DNA from: Sinorhizobium meliloti
Lineage (GTDB): Bacteria; Pseudomonadota; Alphaproteobacteria; Rhizobiales; Rhizobiaceae
DNA: 32,000 nucleotides
Direction of reading: 5' to 3'
Assembly (NCBI RefSeq): GCF_017876815.1
Contig: NZ_JAGIOS010000003.1
Span: 1,020,001 to 1,052,000 of the forward strand
Below, in pieces: positions 1 to 7,767 of this stretch. The notes under the pieces were generated by a model, which ran no database searches, had not been told where the DNA came from, and saw nothing but the letters and a program-made list of their open reading frames with translations. A program made the position numbers and the translations under genes. Position 1 is the stretch's first letter. The number at the start of each line of letters is the position of its first letter.

Positions 1-290
1 AACCGCACCCGATACTTGGCCAATGCGATGCCGGCGAGCGTGCCGACCGGGATCGAGACCAGGGTGCATATCGTGGCAACGATCAGCGAACGAACAAAAG
101 CTTGCCTGAGGTCACTTGCCTGGGCGATCGCCCCGTACCATTTCAGCGACAGGCCGTCCGGCGGGAAGGTGATGATGTTGCCGGCGGTGAATGAGGCTCC
201 GAGCACCACGACCGTGGGCGCGGACAGCATCAAAAGTGCAGTCGTGACGAAGGCCCACAGGACGAAGGATTTGCTTTTGCTGGCCGTCAT
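1..290 (-). CDS. ABC transporter permease, PotC/PotI-like second membrane component (N-terminal part; gene runs off the left edge)
   Basis: Reverse-strand ATG at 290-288 overlaps the TGA (289-287) of the upstream permease as ATGA. My translation MTASKSKSFVLWAFVTTALLMLSAPTVVVLGASFTAGNIITFPPDGLSLKWYGAIAQ... looks like the N-terminus of a polyamine/opine-type ABC permease. The listed + ORF 16..336 is its antisense shadow. Confidence 0.8.
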   Translation of the reverse strand, partial: MTASKSKSFVLWAFVTTALLMLSAPTVVVLGASFTAGNIITFPPDGLSLKWYGAIAQASDLRQAFVRSLIVATICTLVSIPVGTLAGIALAKYRVR

Positions 291-1231
291 TTGCGGTCTC
301 CCGTCATGGCGAGCGTACCTGCACCGAACAGCATGAAGACGACGCCGACGAGCATGGACCCGACCGCAACGAGCATCAGCGACAGCGTGGCACCCATGCC
401 CTGGTCGGAGGTGCGGAAGAACTGGTCGTATATCGCGTTGGCGATAAAATCCTGCGTGCCGCCGCCGAGGATGGCGGGAATGGCGAAGTCGGTGAGCGAC
501 AGCGTCAATACCACCAAGCCGGCACCCACCAGCCCCGGCCGGGAGAGCGGCAGAACGATGTGGCGGAATGTCCGGGTCCAGCCCGCGCCGAGCGAGGCGG
601 CAGCGGCCTCGAGTTCGCTCGGGATAGCGGTCAGAGCCGGTGCGAGCATCAGCACCGCGAAAGGCAGCATGTACTGGACGAGGCCGAAAAGGACCGCCGG
701 GTAGTTGTAGAGCAGACGTATCGGCGGCACGCCGACGAGACCGAGCGCCTCGTTGACCATGCCCTGGTTGCCGAGAATGATGAGCCAGCCATAGGCGCGC
801 ACCACCTGCCCGATGAAGAAGGGCAGGAAAAGCGCAACCAGCAGAAATTTGCGAAGGGCGGACGACGGCGTACGCACCATGAGGTAGGCATATGGAAAAG
901 CGAGCAGCAGGGTGATCACCGTCACGATCACCGAACCGACAAGGCTGCGGCCGGCAACCGTCGCGAAGAAGCTTTCGGTCAGAACACGCTGATAATTGGC
1001 GAGCGTGTAGCTCTCCGACATCAGGAAGGTATTGGTGTCGAGCGTTCTCAGGCTCGTGTCGCCGATCTGGACGAGACCGAGCACCAAAAGGCCCACAAGC
1101 ACGAGCGCGGGCATCAGCATGAGATAGGGCAGGCCCCGCTGGAAGCTCGATGGCCAGACGATGGCCGCAAGGCGTTCGAGCACATCCATGACGCGCCACG
1201 TCAGGGGATATGCAGCACGGGGAGCGCGCAT
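287..1231 (-). CDS. ABC transporter permease, PotB/PotH-like
   Basis: 314-aa ORF with multiple hydrophobic spans and an EAA loop (ELEAAAASLGAGWTRTFRHIVLPLSRPG). AGGA lies about 7 nt upstream of ATG 1231. 4-nt ATGA overlap with the next permease. Confidence 0.9.
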   Translation of the reverse strand: MRAPRAAYPLTWRVMDVLERLAAIVWPSSFQRGLPYLMLMPALVLVGLLVLGLVQIGDTSLRTLDTNTFLMSESYTLANYQRVLTESFFATVAGRSLVGSVIVTVITLLLAFPYAYLMVRTPSSALRKFLLVALFLPFFIGQVVRAYGWLIILGNQGMVNEALGLVGVPPIRLLYNYPAVLFGLVQYMLPFAVLMLAPALTAIPSELEAAAASLGAGWTRTFRHIVLPLSRPGLVGAGLVVLTLSLTDFAIPAILGGGTQDFIANAIYDQFFRTSDQGMGATLSLMLVAVGSMLVGVVFMLFGAGTLAMTGDRK

Positions 1232-1259
1232 GGCAACGATCCTGTTTCACGAGAGAAGG

Positions 1260-1287
1260 CTGCCCGCCGCAAGGGTGCGGCGGGCAG
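1260..1287 (-). promoter_or_regulatory. Intercistronic GC-rich hairpin between binding-protein gene and permease gene
   Basis: Perfect 11-bp inverted repeat ctgcccgccgc (1260-1270) / gcggcgggcag (1277-1287) with 6-nt loop. It sits in the 64-bp gap between the SBP stop (1296) and the permease start (1231). No U-tract follows on the minus strand, so it is more likely an mRNA-stabilising/attenuating stem than a full terminator. Confidence 0.5.
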
Positions 1288-1295
1288 ATAAGGCA

Positions 1296-2411
1296 TCAGC
1301 CCTGCATGATTTCCTTGAACTTGGCGAACCACTGGCTCTCGTTCTCGACCTGTACCTTGGCCGAGATACGGATCAGCTGCTTGAAGTCCTCCTCCGTTGT
1401 TGGATAGGAGGGGTCGCCCACGAGATCGGCGGGCGGCGTGATGCCGGGGATGACGCCGGGCAAGCCGAGACCGTCCAGCCAGATCTGCTGCGCTTCCTTG
1501 GTCAGGGCGTGGTTGATATATTGCTTGGCCCAGTAAAGCTCGTTCTCGGGCAGACCCTTCGGTATCCAAAGGCCGTCCGTGTCGAACTTGGCGCCTTCCT
1601 CCGGCACGACCCAGGCGATCTCGATGCCGTTCTTCTTGGCTTCGCGCGCATTGGTCGAGATGGTGCAGGCGGCGTCGATCTCGCCCTTCTGGAACCAGGT
1701 GGTAAAATCCGGGTCCTCGCCGAGCAGCGGCTGTTGCTCCTTGATCTTGGAGATGAAATCCCAGGCCGGCTGCATGTTGCCCGGAATGTCCTCGAGCTTG
1801 CCGCCGCCGGCGACTTGTGCGGGGAAGTGGAAGCCGATCCCGTCGTTATACAATGCGATCCGGCCCTTGAGCTTGGGGTCGAGCAGATCCTTCCAGGATT
1901 TTGGCGCGCCGTTCGGGAAGGCCGACGGGCGATAGGCGAGCACGTAGACATAACCGTAGGTGTTGACGATCGGATAGCCGTCGAGGCCGACCGGCTTTGC
2001 GAGATCCGTGGCGTTCTTGAGGTTCGGCAGGTCGGACAGGTCTTCGGTCACGCCGCGCAAAGCGGACTTGGTGGCGTTCGTCGTCGTATCCCAGTTGATG
2101 TGGATCGGCGGGACGCGCTTCTGGGCAACGGCGGCCCAGACCTTCGGCTGGATCTCGTTGTCCTCGGTCAGGTCGTGACGGACGGCAATCCCGGTCATCT
2201 TGGTAAAGCTGTCGGACACGCCAGCCTTGAGCGCATCGACCCAGCTGCCGCCCCAGGCGCGAACGATAATCTCGGCCGGCTTTTCCGGCTCCTGGGCAAA
2301 GGCGCGGCTGACGCCGAGGGTCGAAAGACCCGCCGAAGCGCCGGCCGCGGCCATGGACGCAAGCAGCGTCCGGCGGCCGATCTGCGCGGACAGGAACTTT
2401 TCATGCGACAT
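1296..2411 (-). CDS. ABC transporter periplasmic substrate-binding protein (PotD/PotF-like, family 1)
   Basis: 371-aa ORF. N-terminal twin-arginine-like signal (IGRRTLLASMAAAGASAGLSTLGVSRAFAQ). GAGGAGA RBS upstream of ATG 2411. Operon position between ATPase and permeases. Confidence 0.9.
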   Translation of the reverse strand: MSHEKFLSAQIGRRTLLASMAAAGASAGLSTLGVSRAFAQEPEKPAEIIVRAWGGSWVDALKAGVSDSFTKMTGIAVRHDLTEDNEIQPKVWAAVAQKRVPPIHINWDTTTNATKSALRGVTEDLSDLPNLKNATDLAKPVGLDGYPIVNTYGYVYVLAYRPSAFPNGAPKSWKDLLDPKLKGRIALYNDGIGFHFPAQVAGGGKLEDIPGNMQPAWDFISKIKEQQPLLGEDPDFTTWFQKGEIDAACTISTNAREAKKNGIEIAWVVPEEGAKFDTDGLWIPKGLPENELYWAKQYINHALTKEAQQIWLDGLGLPGVIPGITPPADLVGDPSYPTTEEDFKQLIRISAKVQVENESQWFAKFKEIMQG

Positions 2412-2444
2412 TACAGGTTCTCCTCTGGCTGGACCTTCTGGGGG

Positions 2445-3578
2445 TCACTTTTGAAAGACATGCATATCCCTTGCATTCCAGCCGAGACGAACCTCGTCGC
2501 CCGGACCGAACTGCAAGTGGGATTCCGGATCGTGATCGAAGACGCGCATCAGCACGCCTGCCAGATCCGGAACCCGGATCTCGTAAACGACTCGATCGCC
2601 TTCGAAAATGCAATCGACCACTTGGCCGTCGACCAGCGTTTCCAACTCATCGAGCCGCCCGCCCCTGGGCGCAATGCGTATTTGTTCCGCACGAAGCGCT
2701 CCGCTGCAGGATAGACCGGGCGCGAGAGCGGCATCGGCAGCGATGCCGACGAGACGTACACCGTTCGTTTCAAACACGGCCTGCGTCGAAGTAAGTTCGA
2801 CGATCCTTCCTTCGAGAAAATTGGTCACGCCGATGAAGTTGGCAACGAAGGCATTCGACGGCGCGCGATAGGCATCGACCGGCCGGGCCTTTTGCTGGAT
2901 GGCTCCGCCATTCATGATGATGATCTCGTCGGAAACCACCAGCGCCTCTCGCTGATCGTGGGTGACGTTGATCGTAGTGACGCCGAGCTCTTTCTGGATG
3001 CGGCGGAACTCGAGCTGCATCTCCTCGCGCAGCTTGCGATCCAGCGCGGCAAGCGGTTCGTCGAGCAGCAGCAGATCGGGCTCGAACACCAGCGCCCTGG
3101 CGATGGCGACACGCTGCTGCTGGCCGCCCGACAACTCATTGATCCGTCGGTCTCCGTAGCCGCCAAGGCGCACGAGATCGAGATAGCGCTCGACCTTTTC
3201 CGGGATCGTGCGCGCGTCATGGCGGCGCATCTTGAGCGGAAAGGCGACGTTTTCGGCCGCCGTCATATGCGGAAAAAGCGCGAGCTTCTGAAACACCATA
3301 CCGATGGCGCGCTTGTGCGGCGGCACGGCACTGACCGGGCGCCCATTGATGAAGATCTCACCGTGGGTCGGCCGGTCGAAACCGGCGATCATGCGCAGCA
3401 GTGTCGTCTTACCGGATCCGGACGGGCCGAGAATGGTCAGGAACCGCCCCTTCGGGAGGTCGAATGAGGCATTCCTGACAGCGTGAACATCGCCGAAAGC
3501 CATGCCGACGTCCTTGACGGAAACAGCGACCGGATTGACGGATACGGTCGGACGGAGACCAGCAGCAACAACGCCCAT
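2445..3578 (-). CDS. ABC transporter ATP-binding protein (PotA-like, with C-terminal TOBE-like domain)
   Basis: Walker A GPSGSGKTT, signature LSGGQQQRV, Walker B LLLLDEP, H-loop VTHD. 377 aa. AGGGGA RBS before ATG 3578. Confidence 0.95.
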   Translation of the reverse strand: MGVVAAGLRPTVSVNPVAVSVKDVGMAFGDVHAVRNASFDLPKGRFLTILGPSGSGKTTLLRMIAGFDRPTHGEIFINGRPVSAVPPHKRAIGMVFQKLALFPHMTAAENVAFPLKMRRHDARTIPEKVERYLDLVRLGGYGDRRINELSGGQQQRVAIARALVFEPDLLLLDEPLAALDRKLREEMQLEFRRIQKELGVTTINVTHDQREALVVSDEIIIMNGGAIQQKARPVDAYRAPSNAFVANFIGVTNFLEGRIVELTSTQAVFETNGVRLVGIAADAALAPGLSCSGALRAEQIRIAPRGGRLDELETLVDGQVVDCIFEGDRVVYEIRVPDLAGVLMRVFDHDPESHLQFGPGDEVRLGWNARDMHVFQK

Positions 3579-3674
3579 ACGATTCCCCTGTCTTGCTCCA
3601 ACCGATGAGACCGCGGCGAAGCTTTATTCTATTCGACCCGGCGGGAAGGCACTCCACCAGCCTTTACGCCTAGT

Positions 3675-3687
3675 TGTCTATACATAT
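3675..3687. promoter_or_regulatory. HutC/GntR-type operator-like motif tGTCTATACatat (copy 1)
   Basis: The 13-mer tgtctatacatat is identical to 4705-4717. The core GTCTATAC fits the GT-M-TA-K-AC HutC-subfamily consensus as I remember it. It overlaps the predicted -10. Confidence 0.45.
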
Positions 3688-3705
3688 TAGTACAAGTACC
3701 GTCAA
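3677..3705 (-). promoter_or_regulatory. Candidate sigma70 promoter of the ABC operon (TTGACG-17 nt-TATAGA on minus strand)
   Basis: Reverse complement of 3677-3705 reads TTGACG gtacttgtactaatatg TATAGA. It lies about 95 nt upstream of ATG 3578. The -10 overlaps the GTCTATAC motif listed next. Confidence 0.45.
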
Positions 3706-3883
3706 CCGGCATTGCGCATTTTTTGCGCTGCAATTCTATATGCCAATTATTTGTGCAGGTGCGAAAGGAAGGCGCACAGCCGCTGACAGTTTGGCAGCGA
3801 CGGACAGAATGACAAGCAGTCAAGACGGGTCCGTCGTACGGTTTGCACCCCACACGGAGCACTCACGCAAGTTCGCGCACGGA

Positions 3884-4651
3884 TCAGATCGAGGCGAGGT
3901 AGCCGCCGTCGGCAGGAATACAATGCCCCGTGATATAGGCAGCCGCATCGCTGCAGAGGAAAACCGCGACACCGCCGATGTCGCTTTCCTTGCCAAAGCG
4001 CCGCTGAGGGATTTTTTCCAGCATGCGGGATTGCCAGTCCTCGTCCTCGTAGAAGCCCGCAGTCATGGCAGTGCGGAAATAGCCGGGAGCAATGGCGTTC
4101 ACCCGGATGTTGTGCGCTGCCCACTCGGTTGCCAGGGCACGCGTCACGCCGAGTAGGCCGGATTTCGAGGCGCCGTAGGGTACCGCCGTCGGAATGCCGA
4201 CGTAGGATGTCAGGGAACAGAGATTGACGATCGCTCCGCCGTTTGCGTCCGCCATGATCCGGCCCGCCGCCTGGGCACAGAAGAAGGCGCCCTTCAGATT
4301 GGTCGAGACAATAGTATCCCAGAGCGCCTCGTCTACATCGAAGGAAGGCCGGACATTCTCGAACCCGGCATTGTTGACCAGGATGTCGAGACCGCCCAAA
4401 CCCTCAGCCGCTGCTCTCGTGACGCTTGCGCAGGCTTCGACGTCGCGGACATCCTGGGCAAGCGCCACCGCGCGCCTGCCGGTCTTTTCGATCAGTGCCC
4501 GGGTCTCGGCCAAACCCTCTACCGTTCGCGCGGTCACGGCCACGTGCGCACCGGCCTCGGCCAAAGCGACGGCGATAGACTGCCCTATGCCGCGGCTTGC
4601 TCCCGTAACAAGAGCGCGGCGGCCGGAAAGGTCGAAGATCGGGCTGGTCAT
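3884..4651 (-). CDS. Short-chain dehydrogenase/reductase (SDR), gluconate-5-/2-deoxygluconate-3-dehydrogenase-like
   Basis: 255 aa. TGASRGIGQ cofactor motif, NNAG, catalytic YGASKSG (YxxxK). AGGAG RBS before ATG 4651. Confidence 0.9.
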   Translation of the reverse strand: MTSPIFDLSGRRALVTGASRGIGQSIAVALAEAGAHVAVTARTVEGLAETRALIEKTGRRAVALAQDVRDVEACASVTRAAAEGLGGLDILVNNAGFENVRPSFDVDEALWDTIVSTNLKGAFFCAQAAGRIMADANGGAIVNLCSLTSYVGIPTAVPYGASKSGLLGVTRALATEWAAHNIRVNAIAPGYFRTAMTAGFYEDEDWQSRMLEKIPQRRFGKESDIGGVAVFLCSDAAAYITGHCIPADGGYLASI

Positions 4652-4704
4652 GACGGCTCCTGTTCTGGTTCCCCACCGGGATGGACATCATTATCTCAAC
4701 AACA

Positions 4705-4717
4705 TGTCTATACATAT
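4705..4717. promoter_or_regulatory. HutC/GntR-type operator-like motif tGTCTATACatat (copy 2) in divergent SDR/aminotransferase promoter region
   Basis: Identical 13-mer to 3675-3687, same orientation, inside the 100-bp AT-rich divergent region 4652-4751. Confidence 0.45.
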
Positions 4718-4751
4718 ATACAGATCATGAATCCCGGCTTATGAATAGCAC

Positions 4752-5894
4752 ATGGCAATGGCACCCCATGGAGACGGTAAAATGGCAATCCCTTCAAGGC
4801 CCATACGGGAAGAAATCCGCTCGATCGCCCCCTATAATGCCGGACTGACGCTCGAGGAGGTGCGAGCGAAGTACCATGTCGACGAAGTTGCCAAGCTCGG
4901 CTCCAACGAGAACCCTCTCGGTCCCTCGCCCGCCTTGCGCCGGCTCTTTCCCGACATCGGCGAACTAGCCCGGCTTTATCCCGATCCGCAGGGCCGCGCG
5001 CTCTGCGCCCGGCTGGCTGCCAGCTTCGATGTCGAGAACAATCAGGTTATCCTCGGCAACGGCTCGGAAGATCTGATCGCCGTCATTTGCCGCTCCGTCG
5101 TGCGCGCGGGCGACACTGTGGTGACGCTCTATCCATCCTTCCCCCTGCATGAAGATTATACGACTCTGATGGGCGGAAAGGTCGATCGCGTCACCGTTAC
5201 CCCCGACCTCTCCGTCGACATGGACGCACTTCTCGCCGCGATTGCCCGCAAGCCGCGTATGCTGATGTTCTCGAACCCGATGAACCCCGTCGGCTCATGG
5301 CTGACACCGCTCCAACTGGCAAAGGTTGTCGCCGCGCTCGATCCGGAAACGCTCATCGTGGTCGACGAGGCCTATGCGGAATATGCAGCCGGCGACGACT
5401 ATCCAAGTGCGGCCGAAGTGCTGAAGGTGACGGGCTTGAACTGGGTCGTCCTACGCACTTTCTCCAAAGCCTACGGACTGGCAGGCCTGCGTATTGGATA
5501 TGGTATTGTCAGCGACGGCAGCCTTTGCGATTTTTTCAATCGTGCGCGCACTCCGTTCAACACCAATGCGATCGCGCAAGTATCCGCCCTCGCCGCCTTT
5601 GATGATACCTATCACCTAAACCGTTCCGTCGAGCTTGCTCTTGTCGAACGCGAACGGATGAAGAAAGAGCTCGCGACGATGGGCTATCGAATTGCACCAT
5701 CGAAATGCAATTTCCTGTTCTTCGACGCACGCACAGAAGCGACCCCGGTGGCCGAAGCACTGCTCCGGCGAGGCGTCATCGTCAAACCCTGGAAACAACC
5801 CCGATTCGAGACGTATATTCGCGTCAGCATCGGCTCGCCTGTGGAAAACGACCACTTCATCCATGCGTTGAAGGAGGTCGAGGCTGCCGGATGA
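4752..5894 (+). CDS. Histidinol-phosphate-aminotransferase-like class II PLP aminotransferase
   Basis: GSNENPLGPSP motif and PLP-lysine motif FSKAYGLAGLRIGYG. A more likely start is ATG 4782 (MAIPSRP...), preceded by GGAGA at about 7 nt. Confidence 0.9.
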   Translation: MAMAPHGDGKMAIPSRPIREEIRSIAPYNAGLTLEEVRAKYHVDEVAKLGSNENPLGPSPALRRLFPDIGELARLYPDPQGRALCARLAASFDVENNQVILGNGSEDLIAVICRSVVRAGDTVVTLYPSFPLHEDYTTLMGGKVDRVTVTPDLSVDMDALLAAIARKPRMLMFSNPMNPVGSWLTPLQLAKVVAALDPETLIVVDEAYAEYAAGDDYPSAAEVLKVTGLNWVVLRTFSKAYGLAGLRIGYGIVSDGSLCDFFNRARTPFNTNAIAQVSALAAFDDTYHLNRSVELALVERERMKKELATMGYRIAPSKCNFLFFDARTEATPVAEALLRRGVIVKPWKQPRFETYIRVSIGSPVENDHFIHALKEVEAAG

Positions 5895-5924
5895 GGCAGG
5901 CGTGAACCGGACTGGTTAGGCATT

Positions 5925-6170
5925 TGATGGGGTCGAACCTGAAGCGTTTGGGCTCGTTTGTCCAGAACTCGCAGATGTATTCCGTAGTGGGTGAGCCCCC
6001 TTGAGCGTCTTCAGACTAATGTCAAGCCGCCGCAACGACCGCTGTTGTCGCGAAGGTAAGCAGGAATAGACGGCACGCGCAAAACCATTGTCACATTTAC
6101 TCCTCTTCGACCAGACACAACTGAGTCGTTAATGCAGCAGCGGCGGAAGATTGCCATCCCCTGTGACGAT
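5925..6170 (-). pseudogene. Heavily decayed 3' fragment of an EAL-domain gene (copy A)
   Basis: Minus-strand frames give ...EYICEFWTNEPKRFRF... and ...QSSAAAAL.... These are colinear at nucleotide level with the clearer EAL fragment at 9290-9473 (GFQGFLLSKPVCQKKCF, GSFVAAFDQ). Interrupted by stops and frameshifts. By-eye alignment only. Confidence 0.35.
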
Positions 6171-6245
6171 CGACATCGTCGGGATCACAGTCGTAATAGC
6201 AACGGGACTTGCGCCCGCAAAGGCAGTCCAGCCCACGACAAATGA

Positions 6246-6299
6246 TTCCTGATGATACATTATGCGATCTTTCGAGCCAGAACGTGAACATCCTCGCAA
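6246..6299. repeat. Core of diverged direct repeat, copy A (pairs with 9524-9580)
   Basis: The 18-nt run tgatacattatgcgatct (6253-6270) is identical to 9532-9549. Flanks extend the match to about 80% identity over about 55 nt by hand alignment. Confidence 0.65.
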
Positions 6300-6475
6300 C
6301 AAAGCCGGGCATAGGGCTCGTGAAGGACCGCTCCGTTCGGCGCGAGACAGTCATCGAAAGCAGGCACAGCGAATGGCCGATTTAATCCCCTCTGGTGCAC
6401 CGGGCGGCCCGGTGGCCTGACTGGCATCAATCGATGCCCGGGTGGTATGTGGTGCGCCGGTCGAGGCGACCCTCG

Positions 6476-6715
6476 AAAGGCGCAGGCCCTCGACCGCGCG
6501 ACGTACATAAGTTCCTGGCGGCTGCATTCGCCACAGCTTAAACGTGTATGGCCAAGAACATCCCGATATTGGCGGAGAATGTTCGAAACGAGTTCTCGCA
6601 AGTGACTGAATTCAGTTTGCTTCGCCGCAGCTACTTCATTTGAGGATTCGTCTGCGAGATCCTGTCCGGAAATGTACGCGATGAGTCTGAAATCGTCCCA
6701 ATAGACCCATTTAAG
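6476..6715 (+). pseudogene. Decayed C-terminal remnant of a histidine-kinase ATPase domain (copy A)
   Basis: The + frame from 6476 reads KGAGPRPRDVHKF, resembling the G2 box KGTGLGLSMVHGF. Downstream, VWP and NSV strings are shared with the copy-B frame at 9803-9844. Multiple stops. Weak, by eye. Confidence 0.3.
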
Positions 6716-6771
6716 ACAAAACTGCTGCGTGCTTTAATCCTGTCAGCATCTTTTCGGACAAGGAGCAGCCG

Positions 6772-7767
6772 ATGACCATTCAATCCATCAATATCTCGAG
6801 CAGCTCGCCGCTGGCGCGCCGTTCGATTTCGCAGCTTCCCATTAATCTGTTCGCCTCAGTAATGGGGATCACCGGGCTGGGCCTCGCTTGGCGTGAGGCG
6901 GCAAAGTCTCTGGGACTACCGAGCTTGCCGGGAGAATATATCGGCGGGCTCGGCACTTTGGTCTTCGTTGCCCTAGCCATCGGCTATGTCAGCAAGTGGG
7001 TGCGGCACCCTTCTTCAGTTTCGTCAGAGTTCGCCCATCCGGTTCAAAGTAACTTCTTCGCCACCGTGGCTATCGGCCTTCTGCTGCAATCTGCTTTCCT
7101 CAATCGATACAGTCCGCTTCTTTCCCAAGGTGTTTGGATAGCCGCGTCGGCGTTAACCTTTGCCTTGGCCTATGTCGTCGCCAAAGCCTTCCTGGGGCGT
7201 CAGCAATTACACGAGACGACACTGCCGCCCCTGCTCATTCCCGGTGTAGCGACACTGGACATAGCGGTAACCGGGTATGCCATGCCGTTTTCCTGGGCGC
7301 ATGAAGTAAACATGCTCGCGTTCGCGATCGGCAGTGTCATGGCCGCAGTTTTCGTTGCGCTCATTTTTGCCCGTCTGCGGCACGAGGATCCCGTTCCGCT
7401 GCCTGCCCGCCCATCCTTGATGGTGCTGGTCGCTCCATTTGCGGTCGGCTTTCTCGCCTACACCAACGTCACTGGTTCGGTCGACCTATTCGCCACGGTT
7501 CTCTTTTACTTCGGCCTATTCCTGATGCTTGTGCTCTCGCCGATGGTCTTCCGGACGCATATTCCCTTCAGCATTACCTGGTGGGCAATCAGCTTCCCGC
7601 TCGCAGCTCTGTCTATCGCCTTCTTCCGATATGCTGAGGCTGTGCAAAGCAATTTCCTCGTCATGCTGGCAGGGGTCATGTTCGTCTTCCTTGCCGTTGC
7701 GATCACCGTCGTTTTCATCCGCACTGCGTGCATCGTTCTGACCGGCAGGCTTTTCGAGGTAAAGTGA
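6772..7767 (+). CDS. TehA/SLAC1-like anion channel / TDT (tellurite-resistance/dicarboxylate transporter) family membrane protein
   Basis: 331 aa, about 10 hydrophobic spans, N-terminal LPINLFASVMGITGLGLAW motif typical of TehA-family proteins. AAGGAG RBS before ATG 6772. Confidence 0.85.
   Translation: MTIQSINISSSSPLARRSISQLPINLFASVMGITGLGLAWREAAKSLGLPSLPGEYIGGLGTLVFVALAIGYVSKWVRHPSSVSSEFAHPVQSNFFATVAIGLLLQSAFLNRYSPLLSQGVWIAASALTFALAYVVAKAFLGRQQLHETTLPPLLIPGVATLDIAVTGYAMPFSWAHEVNMLAFAIGSVMAAVFVALIFARLRHEDPVPLPARPSLMVLVAPFAVGFLAYTNVTGSVDLFATVLFYFGLFLMLVLSPMVFRTHIPFSITWWAISFPLAALSIAFFRYAEAVQSNFLVMLAGVMFVFLAVAITVVFIRTACIVLTGRLFEVK

Noticed and set aside
1161-2714. 517-aa + strand ORF spanning the SBP and ATPase genes
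   Set aside because: It is antisense to two well-supported minus-strand genes. Its composition is Arg/Leu/Gly/Asp-rich with no motifs. This is a typical mirror ORF produced by high GC3 on the opposite strand.
3708-3735. Imperfect hairpin attgcgca-ttttt-tgcgctgcaat upstream of the ABC promoter
   Set aside because: The stem is interrupted by a 2-nt bulge, and it lies upstream of the predicted -35. No gene ends nearby on the relevant strand, apart from the SDR 150 nt away. This is too weak to call a terminator or operator.
5935-6010. Possible IS/transposase remnant (minus-frame EYICEFWTNEPKRFRFDPIK)
   Set aside because: On closer comparison it is colinear with the EAL-domain C-terminus at 9290-9330 (QGFLLSKPVCQKKCF). 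I therefore reinterpret it as the decayed EAL fragment, copy A. No inverted repeats or transposase motifs were seen.
6605-6616. Perfect 12-bp palindrome ACTGAATTCAGT, with a 12-mer shared in inverted sense with 9835-9846
   Set aside because: A 12-nt match or palindrome is expected by chance many times in 32 kb. The overlapping 9-mer gaattcagt (6608-6616) is kept only as a weak colinear anchor within the larger duplication, not as a site of its own.
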